Shown: in pieces, positions 56,701-64,000 of the stretch
How the letters are laid out: every line of letters begins with the position of its first letter
Position numbering within the stretch: the stretch's first letter is position 1
Virus record (IMG/VR): IMGVR_UViG_3300020356_000001
Coordinates: 17,362 to 81,361 of that record
DNA from: a virus
Lineage: Duplodnaviria > Caudoviricetes
Length of the DNA stretch: 64,000 bases
Direction: 5' to 3' (one strand)
Program-made: the position numbers and the translations under genes
Notes under the pieces: generated by a model
Told to the model about the DNA's origin: nothing
Seen by the model: the letters and a program-made list of their open reading frames with translations, nothing else
The model's database searches: none

Positions 56701-58736
56701 AATTCTCTAGCAACCCAACGTCCTTGTTGAGCTAAATACTGCATTCCGATACGAGACATGTCTTTAGCTAAAGCAGTAGTTTGGAAATTTCTAGCACCAA
56801 AATCTACAATTACATCTATATGTTTGCGCGCTAAACCTAATGATCTACCGACTACACCAGTTGGGAGCAACACGGCATTAGCCGCGCCTCTGCCACCAAA
56901 GCCTGTTGATAAAGCCGCAGTTCCAGCCTCACTGTACATAAATTCCCATATGCCATCAGGAGTTGAAAGCCCTGTATTAGCTTTTGTAAACCCAGCCGTG
57001 TACATGTTTTCCATAGCTTCGCGCCCAAGAGTTTGCGTACCTACAGTTTCAACAAATGTTTCCCATACGTCACCTTTAGGAGCGACATATTGTAAAGTTC
57101 TTTTTTGTTTATGCCATGCTTTCATTCTTTCATAAACAGGTTTTAATCCTTTATATTTTTGAAGCAGATAAGTTTCAGGATGAATCCAATCAGGGTTAGC
57201 TTTTGTTAATCTGCTTTCAGCTATAAGCTCAGCATCTTTTATTGTTATTTTTTTACCAGCTTCAGCGGCTTCTCTGAAAATTTCACTAGTTAAAGTATCC
57301 AACTCGTCTAAACTTTTAAACGATTCAGCAACTTCATCTTGGAACTTGATTAACTGTCTACCTCTCCAAAGAAGAATAGGTTTAATACCACCAAAGAAAT
57401 TTTCTGATCTGGCTTTACTAAACCAGTCAGCCATCTCATCTGCACCTGAAGTTCCACGTAACGAATACTTATTGTTAGCTCGCATCGCGTCAGTTAAATT
57501 ATTCCAAAAATCAATATTATTCCACGTAGATTCTCTTGCTTGCCAAGGGCCTTTCTTAAGATCCTTACCTTGAATACGAGCTTTGTTTTTTAAGAAAGTT
57601 CGCTTAACTAAACCGGGACGAACCATTGCCATTTGAGCAGGGCGTGTCAACTTAATAGCTTTCATCCAGATTCCACCAGCCCAAGTAGTTGGGTCTAACA
57701 AAATCTCAGTAGTCATTGAACCAGCGAAACCTACAATGGTTCCATATGTAGTTCCACGTTCAGCATCAGGTAAAAAAGCATTATTCTTATTCCAGAACTT
57801 GCGTGAATACTCCATTGTGTCCACGCGACCTTCATCAAAAACATTTATAGCTTCACGCGCACGATCAGAATTAATCCAGTCCATTTCTTTTTCAAATTCT
57901 TGACGAATAGATTCATCGTCTTCTAAACCTGTTCGACGGACAATAAGATCCCACACGCCGTTCTGTCCGAAACCTGCGTACATTCTCAGCATCTCTACTT
58001 GAGAATCATCAAATCCCATTTTCATTACTTGAGCGTAAGAGTTCTCATCAAAAGAAGTTTCCGCATGTTCAGTCATACGCCAACCATCCATCACAGAACC
58101 AATGTCACCAAGGAAAGATCCTTCTTTAGCATCTGTGTAAGCAAGCGATCTTCCTGCACGTTGAGCGAAACGCCCCGACATCATAAGAAGTTCCCAAGCT
58201 TTATCAAGCTGAACTATTTTCGCGCCAATGCCTAAACCTTTAACAGAAAGTTTTGTAACCCCTTTAACAAAATCACCAACATAAGGAATACCACCAAGAC
58301 CCCAAGCAAAACCGGGGCCTTTCTCTCCGGGTGGCCTGTATCCTATATCACGTAATCTTTTCTGAGCGGCTGGTGGAAGATTAGCAAACTCTTGTTCTTG
58401 AATCGGATCAGCCATACTTTCCAACATGGATTTACCATCAGATACAGATTCAGCATTACGTGTAGTTAAATACTCATCTAACATGTCGTCATCGCTTGTA
58501 TCAGCCATGACAATATCTGTTAATTGGTCAAGATCCCCACCGAATATTCCGAACCCACCATTGTTTGATATGAGTTCAAACCTGTTATTAAGACGTACGT
58601 CCTCATAAGAAGGAGCATGGTCATAATTTTCTGGAACATCAGAATCCGGCAACTCATAATTATTTGAGCCACTAAAAAATGGCGATACGCGAGTTCTACT
58701 ATATGGAACTAATTGTTTCTCAGCCACGAGACTCAA
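50760..58736 (-). CDS. Giant internal virion/ejection-type protein (2658 aa)
   Basis: Two genes after the portal; C-terminal SLIPFWFAEDLYLRRW region parallels the VIPFYTWTRKN region of the arm A giant. Confidence 0.7.
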   Translation of the reverse strand: MSLVAEKQLVPYSRTRVSPFFSGSNNYELPDSDVPENYDHAPSYEDVRLNNRFELISNNGGFGIFGGDLDQLTDIVMADTSDDDMLDEYLTTRNAESVSDGKSMLESMADPIQEQEFANLPPAAQKRLRDIGYRPPGEKGPGFAWGLGGIPYVGDFVKGVTKLSVKGLGIGAKIVQLDKAWELLMMSGRFAQRAGRSLAYTDAKEGSFLGDIGSVMDGWRMTEHAETSFDENSYAQVMKMGFDDSQVEMLRMYAGFGQNGVWDLIVRRTGLEDDESIRQEFEKEMDWINSDRAREAINVFDEGRVDTMEYSRKFWNKNNAFLPDAERGTTYGTIVGFAGSMTTEILLDPTTWAGGIWMKAIKLTRPAQMAMVRPGLVKRTFLKNKARIQGKDLKKGPWQARESTWNNIDFWNNLTDAMRANNKYSLRGTSGADEMADWFSKARSENFFGGIKPILLWRGRQLIKFQDEVAESFKSLDELDTLTSEIFREAAEAGKKITIKDAELIAESRLTKANPDWIHPETYLLQKYKGLKPVYERMKAWHKQKRTLQYVAPKGDVWETFVETVGTQTLGREAMENMYTAGFTKANTGLSTPDGIWEFMYSEAGTAALSTGFGGRGAANAVLLPTGVVGRSLGLARKHIDVIVDFGARNFQTTALAKDMSRIGMQYLAQQGRWVARELSDRMNLPVGDANRIVIKDLKKPLDARSIGLILQSTADGPVDSRLLQSMGISDPAQVEDLIKTAETLKKEFVDYASKQSMFDELFNFYADQGINIADQDVLKNIKTGQRPETFSGWFRVYNNYLEHARHKPGSRNYELIGGLKAGALGVGDHVKAVAVQLMYHPAKLAKKLTTHVPLNNIIDVLDDKTALKEFDALVEMGILADMPREVIEHFKHTFINGTEAQRWNVQVEFLMDFMARSGAILHGGPKVETFMRRFISKADHVYDINRQDNIDFFGGFEVKRAVVPGPAQSAQLSKMNIIPDFRELAGIARYMGFIRHMGWAMSLPTIDKMFSKVWRPSVLLRFGYVPRNGGDELLQFVLREGMGATIRGRLARVVNGRTVMFDQYGTKIPVYKGRAVHDVFDPVTGKRIRKGEYEDLLVGSDLKQIANLNLKSMGEVHHNKFMGLLTAPLRFASEISGVGDIAVTRKTLKRLTDDPTKRRKFQFSDWETQRKMFEDNRKIVRSEMSSTIRGKIFYRNWVLGQWAAARSSEVMHKFANSAGLPSKAATAQWFGKKLTDETEFEAHMDAMDILLSHPSVRDSFMRDLFNTYDPYLNPQHSLDQAMRSGGFGKAIQARHRIPLNYAGSDFTWVDKDGDRTLDYWNGLNSQLVEMSQSPAHVLMARELSQYVSVQAERTNRIILDELGIVFDADDPIGASREVARIIERLSVQERRALKQLYNGTGNLTLSPDADAPTHFHTQFDNWANNVGDDNNLMEIFVGLLTDPKTPSKTDVNFWTSIINQDWMIARLGDETGSTAMSRLMAMSLIAPDSTRMSSNLDEVLALAHDANTTYMRSPQGQQLAHSMVAYELGGHGIAGQTGMAPPQRGAVRVWTPKLSEPAIRVLADYFIMAGQDPDSVIHIQNAIYRKLMRRLPQTLPDREKVADKVLSLIHPSATPYQNRTIGSFEDMIGFSQAAEQTHIPLLTASSDPHVAHSIGEAIDEALREVAEIRSGTGVGTDWIGPKLEVRDISSDAFFAKPGLTEARLTNQYGTTPRVNQNGTVVSEVAGIEPNGSRIFYTVGDDGSIISPEDVGGFENQSVFAVAQDVLAQPGGVVQIQDSVPQVILKRTYKRKDPTTGKTEYYTSQANYTNKDFNPDDWEIADEFYTVLNDTDAMVEDMARVQLEGLKKITLSQTSETAMHEILFELLDDEVIPSRLMANGKRSDLPQSIYAEIGVGAHEFKGQQKFDYLWNKVLTAWFDGVIHPAMEAMVREPMFTHYFAEAWRLYEKTEGTYMINAAKESPILNKLGLFSTVDEADIIPQLEDFIKHVWSNQALDPNDALSRVAYAMSQGDHAQVAELIARNSDLDFMKALIEKSNNKAGAIRELTKYSNRRFNAHQNRVNHAMEKAGSVTASFIDDHRIRSQFQEMMGSLIPFWFAEDLYLRRWVRGLTQNPLMLRNLQLTIRGGEKAGLVREDQNGRRYLIIPATLPSSQVLMDALHEIPVIGGYLAGVASIPTVDQMFRLDRLMPGYDLETVGRPQVGPFISYPLTRLAVSDPTIFEDISPFMQERFAYVADNRDAEDAGNSKLHDFLDAFFPYPISQGLIMTQQHWNRGEQFASAQIQAVKLRQATGRMPTQDQISRKEDPDLFNEEFMEQLDHEAQQIMGMNFTTWFLGTGKGTNKDLRFGDAWDWNSELHWYIQQGWTHDEALLMFYDNHKYDEDFDKDSWETQTKMSLFQTGTSKKTGVGYTQQSKAVDKWLTENGEWAMNFPHSTSFLVPYEVGLEYNEDMAWGWKQRQIAKGLRELKSKEEYVKDFYFNGAASEYYDRKQRNAYAVAVLQSQNQMKAAKELTERFNIWDKGFMDRHPVFFVETQKGRSSIRREATFQEFRKIVRNPEMIPDSPYKNEILDVMMDIVRLNYELEVINKRPNVEDYRSFVKAFFLRRIEEKVAGKPHLQPLLNNLVIPYLNQEWVGQFRAGLIRIAPKIIPDREWTGVTL

Positions 58737-59151
58737 ACGATTCTACAAGAGCAGTCAAGTTAGGATTGCCTGTAGTCATAGCGAGTCTCTTAATCAATCT
58801 GTTACTTCTCTCAGAAGAGTAAGTACCCAACTGTGCGCCCGGCATAGGTTGAGGTTCAATACCAGCAGTCAACCCAAGATCAGGGCGATCATCTGCCGCT
58901 GTTAAAGGAGTGACATTAGGTATCCACTGCTGTGCTAAATCCAAAGGTGCATTAACAGCACCTTGAGGTTGAGCCGCCGCTACCTGACCATCAGGTGTAC
59001 GCGCAGTATCATATTTAGTTTGCATGTTAGGAAGAGCTATACCACCCTCGTTAGGATTTTGAGCCTGAAGATTCTCAGACTTCTCACCATATGAAGCACC
59101 AGCTTCCAAACCCGGAGCTTTAGCTCCTTGAGTTTTCTTAGCTCTAGGCAT
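58720..59151 (-). CDS. Small post-portal protein
   Basis: 143-aa coupled ORF; YGEK.E motif. Confidence 0.6.
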   Translation of the reverse strand: MPRAKKTQGAKAPGLEAGASYGEKSENLQAQNPNEGGIALPNMQTKYDTARTPDGQVAAAQPQGAVNAPLDLAQQWIPNVTPLTAADDRPDLGLTAGIEPQPMPGAQLGTYSSERSNRLIKRLAMTTGNPNLTALVESFESRG

Positions 59152-60949
59152 TAGCGCCTGCTAACAATGCGGCTCTCATCTCAGCTAAACCCGGAGGAGC
59201 TTGTTCAGGAGGAGCGCCAGCCGCCATCTCTGGACCACCGGCTAATCCTGGTGCCGCTTCAGGAGCCATCATTTGACCTTCGGCAGGTTCAGGAATTTCC
59301 TGAGCTTGTTCTTGGCGTAGCTCTTCGTCAGCCCTACGGATAGACTCAAAAATGTCATGTCCATCCTTTCTGAACTTTTCGATTTTCGCTACATAAACAA
59401 TAGGCATAGTTCCTTGAGCGGCTTGTTGTTGTATACCTGCCATTACCGCTTCTTCTAATTGTTCCTCATCAACCCTTCTGCCTTCAGCTTCAGGATCGTC
59501 AACGAAAGGATGCTTCACACGAAAAGTATTAAGACTAATACCTTTCATCTGTAGCAACTGACCTAACTGAATTGTTGTACCCTGAACATCTGCTCCGGGT
59601 ATTGAATGAGAAACAACATTATCGAAAGACTCGAAATGTTCTTCAGGTGTGAACTCTACGTGACCGAAGTCACCTGAGTAGCCTGTGAATGTAACAAACT
59701 TTTGTTGATCGAAGTAACCTCTGTAACAAGCAAAGATGCATTCATTCAAATAGGGAAGATGTGCTTCCATTGTCTCTTGAAGCTCCTGCACACGTGGATC
59801 AAGAGAAGCGCCCATGAGAGCGTCAATGCCCCTACCAGTCCGTAAAGCACCGTAACTTTCTCCACCGATCTGGGGAACCGTGCCAGTAGAGATCCTCGCA
59901 TTACGTTCAAGTCTATCAATGGCGATATTGGTCGAGGGATCGGGTGAGGAGCGAAGCTCTCCAATTTGTTCTGCGTCAAGCAGTACGTTGACTTCACCTT
60001 CGCGCCCATCTTTCCATTCACCTCCTACAATCATAGGCACTTGACCTGAACGGCCAATGATGTACCTATCAGGGAAAATTGCTTTCTCCTGTGCGATTAT
60101 TTCCAAAGCCATAAGCTTTGCCATCAAGTCTGTCATACCAACAACATTTGAAACTGATGAAGCTATCTTATCTAAAGTGATACGTCCAGGAGTTATTACA
60201 CAAGGCATGCCTGCTCTGTTAATAGCCCTTGACAATTCTAATTGTGTGCTGTGATAAGAATACGTTGAGTTGTGATAACCATAACGTGGCCCCATTATTC
60301 CAATGACGATATGTTCACCGTCAATCCATTCGCATACATCCCATAGTTCTTGCCTAGCGTTTTCATCTGAATCTATAGGCCCACCGTTTTCAGTTCTAGA
60401 AGCAGGATAATTTGCGCGTAGCCAGTCACCAGACTTGCCGTACACAAAACCACAGTTACGAGGAACATCATAATTCTCAGCGGCTTGTGGTTCAGGATAA
60501 ACACCTAAAGGATCACGTACCTCTATCTTTGGCATACCTAACTTGAAATCAGGGTATACGCATAAAGCTGTCGTAGCATAACCAGCGAGGTGACGATACG
60601 CTCTACGCATCTTAACTTTGAAACGATTCTGATACCACGTAGCGGCAAGCGCACGTTTACGCACATCAGCATATTGTCTCGATCTTCTACCTCTTTCTTT
60701 GCTAGGGTCTATAGCAGGACATCCGATAAATGGCATAACAGATGCGGCTCTTTGAGCTACAGCATCAATGTTCTCAGAAATTAAAGAAGGAGTTAATGGA
60801 GGAAGAATAGGTTCTTCATCCATAGAAGGAAGCGGTATAACATAATCACCGTTATAACGTTCTTTGATATCAAGCATACGTTCTAATAAAGGAGACTGTG
60901 CTTCTTGCCGCTGTCTTATTATTCCAACTATTTCTTCAAATGTGTACAT
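59144..60949 (-). CDS. Portal protein
   Basis: 601 aa directly after the terminase; typical size and acidic/Pro-rich C-terminal tail. Confidence 0.8.
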   Translation of the reverse strand: MYTFEEIVGIIRQRQEAQSPLLERMLDIKERYNGDYVIPLPSMDEEPILPPLTPSLISENIDAVAQRAASVMPFIGCPAIDPSKERGRRSRQYADVRKRALAATWYQNRFKVKMRRAYRHLAGYATTALCVYPDFKLGMPKIEVRDPLGVYPEPQAAENYDVPRNCGFVYGKSGDWLRANYPASRTENGGPIDSDENARQELWDVCEWIDGEHIVIGIMGPRYGYHNSTYSYHSTQLELSRAINRAGMPCVITPGRITLDKIASSVSNVVGMTDLMAKLMALEIIAQEKAIFPDRYIIGRSGQVPMIVGGEWKDGREGEVNVLLDAEQIGELRSSPDPSTNIAIDRLERNARISTGTVPQIGGESYGALRTGRGIDALMGASLDPRVQELQETMEAHLPYLNECIFACYRGYFDQQKFVTFTGYSGDFGHVEFTPEEHFESFDNVVSHSIPGADVQGTTIQLGQLLQMKGISLNTFRVKHPFVDDPEAEGRRVDEEQLEEAVMAGIQQQAAQGTMPIVYVAKIEKFRKDGHDIFESIRRADEELRQEQAQEIPEPAEGQMMAPEAAPGLAGGPEMAAGAPPEQAPPGLAEMRAALLAGANA

Positions 60950-62646
60950 TATGTTACGACTTTCGCAGGTGTCTTCAACTTACTCCAAGGTAGCGCTTTA
61001 AACTTAAATTGTGAAGAGTCAACGTCAAATGCTTGCTTCCTTTGTCTCCATAAAATCCATATGAACCAGAGTGCCATTACCTGATCCTGTCTTAGTTTAG
61101 TACCCCTTTTTAATGGCCGCCATGATTTTAGCTGTCTAATTAGCTGGTCAGCCTGATGTCTTGTTGACGGATCATCAGCGTAAGGTATCTCAATTTCCTC
61201 ACGCATAAACGATAAAGCCATAGAAGGAACACCTATAGTTTCATCATATTTGTTCACACCTGTCAGATGTTCCCTTACTCTAAACCCATATTTATCTGTC
61301 ATTTCAATAAGACGTTCATCACGAGATAACCCTTTTTGAAACACCATTGCTTCAATAACAACATCAGAAACAGTACTACCATTCTTCATACACCTGAGTA
61401 TCGCGTCTTCAACTACTTGCAATATTTGTTCATTACGTGTCAACCCAATATCTTCACGAACAAAAAGAATCTTCAACTTTCCTTCATGGGGTGTCGCCGC
61501 AACAACACAATTATTGGAACCCAACGCAGGGTCTAACCCAATGTAAACACTGCACTCTTTAGGTGGGTCATGTAATACCGACCTTAAAGGATTTAAACAT
61601 TTCTTTATAGCATCATCTGTAAATGTCGCAGAAAGAGAACTGGTAGGTTCCTGCATGTAGTTTCTTGACCATGCTTCTTCACCAACCTTACGACGAATAC
61701 GATCAAGCTTTTCCATAGAAAACATTTCAGGCCATAACGGTTCAGGTTCACCCTCATCGTTTGTAACGATTGCAGGAAACTTAATAACAGTAAGGATGTC
61801 TTCATCTATTTCATTCATTACTCTTTCATAGAAATCATCCTCACCTACCCTTGTGCCATTAATACTTGTGCGCCCATTCTCACCCGGACGAGTCAACCAG
61901 TCCTGTCGGAACACCTCGAACATTTGTTCTGTAAGGTTTAACGAAACACGAGACTGAATATCATCCACATGCAAATGGTCGGTTCGAGTACCAGCAATTT
62001 TAGATCGCCAACCCAAAGCCACCATCGAATAGTCACGCTCATCATGCCTTTGCTTTTTGAAAACATCAAAATAATCAGCCCCCCACATTTGAGCAGTCTT
62101 ACGACCACTCTGGTTCTGTGGAACAAACGGTCCGAACTTGCTTACATATTTAGGGAAAGGACCATGAGGTTCCATACGTGTACGGATACGCCCAAGAATT
62201 TTACGGCTCATATCCTGCCCTTCAGAACCAACAGTGATTCTGAACTCAGGGTTCGTAGCCAGCTTGTAACAAAAGTAATCCTCAGCAAGAGTAGTTTTAC
62301 CATGCTCAGGTGGCCACAAGATAAGAGTTAAGTTACCCGGAGGTGTATTCTCATACGCATTGATAGCTTGAAGATGAAACCAAGGTGACATATGTCCGAA
62401 GTATTCATCTCTGAAACTTTTAAAAGAACCGTCCCATTCTTTCTTAGGTTCATTAATTGAGAGTTCATTTCTTAAAGCATCAGCTTTAGCCGCGAACTCT
62501 GGGAACCTTTGTCTCCACTTCTCATAAGCAGAACGTGTAACACCAACAATGTTACAAGCACCCTGGACTGTCCCTTGATCTTCTAAAGCTTGAAGAAACA
62601 GTTTCCTATTCTTCTCGCCTCGATCTTTACTAGCGTTTTGTGTCAT
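60949..62646 (-). CDS. terL: Terminase large subunit with N-terminal HTH extension
   Basis: PPEHGKTT Walker A, HVDDIQ Walker B, YMQEP, IGLDPA, QDQVMALW. Confidence 0.9.
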   Translation of the reverse strand: MTQNASKDRGEKNRKLFLQALEDQGTVQGACNIVGVTRSAYEKWRQRFPEFAAKADALRNELSINEPKKEWDGSFKSFRDEYFGHMSPWFHLQAINAYENTPPGNLTLILWPPEHGKTTLAEDYFCYKLATNPEFRITVGSEGQDMSRKILGRIRTRMEPHGPFPKYVSKFGPFVPQNQSGRKTAQMWGADYFDVFKKQRHDERDYSMVALGWRSKIAGTRTDHLHVDDIQSRVSLNLTEQMFEVFRQDWLTRPGENGRTSINGTRVGEDDFYERVMNEIDEDILTVIKFPAIVTNDEGEPEPLWPEMFSMEKLDRIRRKVGEEAWSRNYMQEPTSSLSATFTDDAIKKCLNPLRSVLHDPPKECSVYIGLDPALGSNNCVVAATPHEGKLKILFVREDIGLTRNEQILQVVEDAILRCMKNGSTVSDVVIEAMVFQKGLSRDERLIEMTDKYGFRVREHLTGVNKYDETIGVPSMALSFMREEIEIPYADDPSTRHQADQLIRQLKSWRPLKRGTKLRQDQVMALWFIWILWRQRKQAFDVDSSQFKFKALPWSKLKTPAKVVT

Positions 62647-62649
62647 AAG

Positions 62650-62952
62650 TTAAGCGTGGTCAAATACCGATTTGACTACCTCTAATTCAACCGTTTCTGC
62701 GGCAATGATACCTTCACTACCAACAAACCTTATTGTGTGAACACCTATCTGATCTAATGTGAAATCTTTATAATACACACCTGTACCAGATCGTGTCATA
62801 CCACTTGACCCTGTGTAAGAAGTGTTAGTTCCATCAGGTTTATTCCAAGTAATAGTCACATCATCTTCATTATCTGTTGGATCGTCAGCAGTCCCACCAG
62901 TTGTAAACGTGGCAGTTACGCGCACTTGGTCATTTTTATCGTATGTTGCCAT
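62650..62952 (-). CDS. Small Ig-like/beta-rich structural protein
   Basis: 100 aa; TGVYYKDF motif. Confidence 0.6.
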   Translation of the reverse strand: MATYDKNDQVRVTATFTTGGTADDPTDNEDDVTITWNKPDGTNTSYTGSSGMTRSGTGVYYKDFTLDQIGVHTIRFVGSEGIIAAETVELEVVKSVFDHA

Positions 62953-63644
62953 TAAACACCTACTGTAATCGAAACGTCATCTACTAAAGATGATACAAGA
63001 GTAACATCGCTTGGCAAAGAAACTGCCAAAGTTACATGAGGATTTGGTCTGTTAGTCTCAATAGTGCAACTAATTGTTGCCGATCCTGTAAGCGAAGCGG
63101 CTATCAAAGCCTCCTCGATAATAGCTGTTAACGTAGAACCAGTAGAAGAAAGCGACTCGCCAGTAAGATAATGTTTTTGAAATATCGTAGCTGACAGTGA
63201 CGAAGATGCTGATATGCCTGCACTCAACAAAGCTTCTTCGATGATTGCAGTTACTGTAGAACCAGTAGCTGAAAGCGAAGAACCTATAAACTGTGTTGAT
63301 TGAACAGTCGTTGAAGTGGAACCCGACCCAGTGACACTACCCCCAATAAAGTTCGTCATCTGCAATGTGACACTGGAAGAACCAGAAGCAGATATTGAAG
63401 CTGCTATTGTGTGCGTTTCGTAAGAAGCTGCACCGTCGTAACGCCAGTCGGCGCTTCGGTAACTTACATTAGCTTTCCGATACCCGATATTGAATGTTTG
63501 ATCGGCATACTCGGTTGTTACATGGTTGTAATTTAATCCGGGTTCGCTGTATTTGTAAGTTGATCCTGTATACGCAGAAGATCCACCAGAATACTCTAAT
63601 GTGGTTGAGCTATAGTCTTGTCCGGGTGCTGGATATACAGGCAT
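62952..63644 (-). CDS. Ser/Thr-rich repeat structural protein
   Basis: Repeats such as SLSATGSTVTAIIEEALL / SLSSTGSTLTAIIEEALI. Confidence 0.65.
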   Translation of the reverse strand: MPVYPAPGQDYSSTTLEYSGGSSAYTGSTYKYSEPGLNYNHVTTEYADQTFNIGYRKANVSYRSADWRYDGAASYETHTIAASISASGSSSVTLQMTNFIGGSVTGSGSTSTTVQSTQFIGSSLSATGSTVTAIIEEALLSAGISASSSLSATIFQKHYLTGESLSSTGSTLTAIIEEALIAASLTGSATISCTIETNRPNPHVTLAVSLPSDVTLVSSLVDDVSITVGV

Positions 63645-63652
63645 TAATCACG

Positions 63653-63961
63653 TTACTCTTCGGCTTTAGCTTTAGCTGTAGGAGGGTCATCAGGCCAAAC
63701 AACTTCGGACACCTTGCTATATGTTGCAGGTAGGTCACGTAGTTCTTGACGGTATGTCGCCCATTCTTCAGCAGTATGATCGCCTAATACTGCGTCTGCA
63801 ATTTGAGTCCAATCACAGTCACGCAACAATGCGTTACGATGCACTCTGGTAAAAGTGAAATCCAAATCCATTGCTGTGGCTCTATCTTCCATTTCTTTTA
63901 TTTCTTCTGCCGTGAGTTCGATATACTCACCGTTCACGACCTTATATCTTGGTTCTGCCAT
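63653..63961 (-). CDS. Tail-fibre assembly chaperone-like protein (copy 2)
   Basis: 97 of 102 residues identical to 19080-19388. Confidence 0.85.
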   Translation of the reverse strand: MAEPRYKVVNGEYIELTAEEIKEMEDRATAMDLDFTFTRVHRNALLRDCDWTQIADAVLGDHTAEEWATYRQELRDLPATYSKVSEVVWPDDPPTAKAKAEE

Positions 63962-64000
63962 ATTTTCTCCTATCCTGCTCCATTTATTCCATATAATGTA
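63653..64000. repeat. Direct repeat, copy 2 (runs to the window edge)
   Basis: Last 77 bp (63924-64000) exactly match 19351-19427. Confidence 0.95.

Noticed and set aside
50760-58736. Virion RNA polymerase
   Set aside because: No convincing T7/N4-type motif A/B/C set or DxDGD motif found by eye; only a lone WFDG.

Overview
All of this window is tailed-phage DNA, podovirus-like (tail tubular proteins A/B and giant internal virion proteins, no tape-measure gene). The host is probably an actinobacterium, likely Acidimicrobiia, inferred from the SSB type, the r1t-like holins and an Acidimicrobiia-style ferredoxin. It looks like parts of two related phages joined at a shared tail cassette. Arm A (1-19.1 kb) has a replication module (HNH, Cas4-like exonuclease, DnaB-like helicase, AEP primase, RusA, sigma region-4 protein). 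This converges on a holin, an amidase endolysin and a 2657-aa virion/ejection protein with an intact PI3/4K-HipA-like kinase domain and a possible split ART-like domain. Unit B (about 19.1-63.96 kb, period 44,573 bp, bounded by two near-identical copies of a tail-chaperone gene) has a paralogous tail-fibre array, a hairpin- and repeat-rich control region and an early operon. The operon includes a ~330-nt structured RNA ending in a tRNA-like T-arm, SSB, a Cas4-like exonuclease, a TGT/DpdA-like enzyme, a secreted transglycosylase, a phiC31 gp3-like protein and NinG. B also has a full head/tail/lysis set (terminase, portal, a second 2658-aa giant protein, SU10-type capsid, M15 endolysin), with a ferredoxin and an FmdB zinc ribbon inside the capsid cluster. 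All family assignments come from motif recognition by eye; no database searches were run. No CRISPR array, integrase, reverse transcriptase, rRNA or canonical tRNA was seen.
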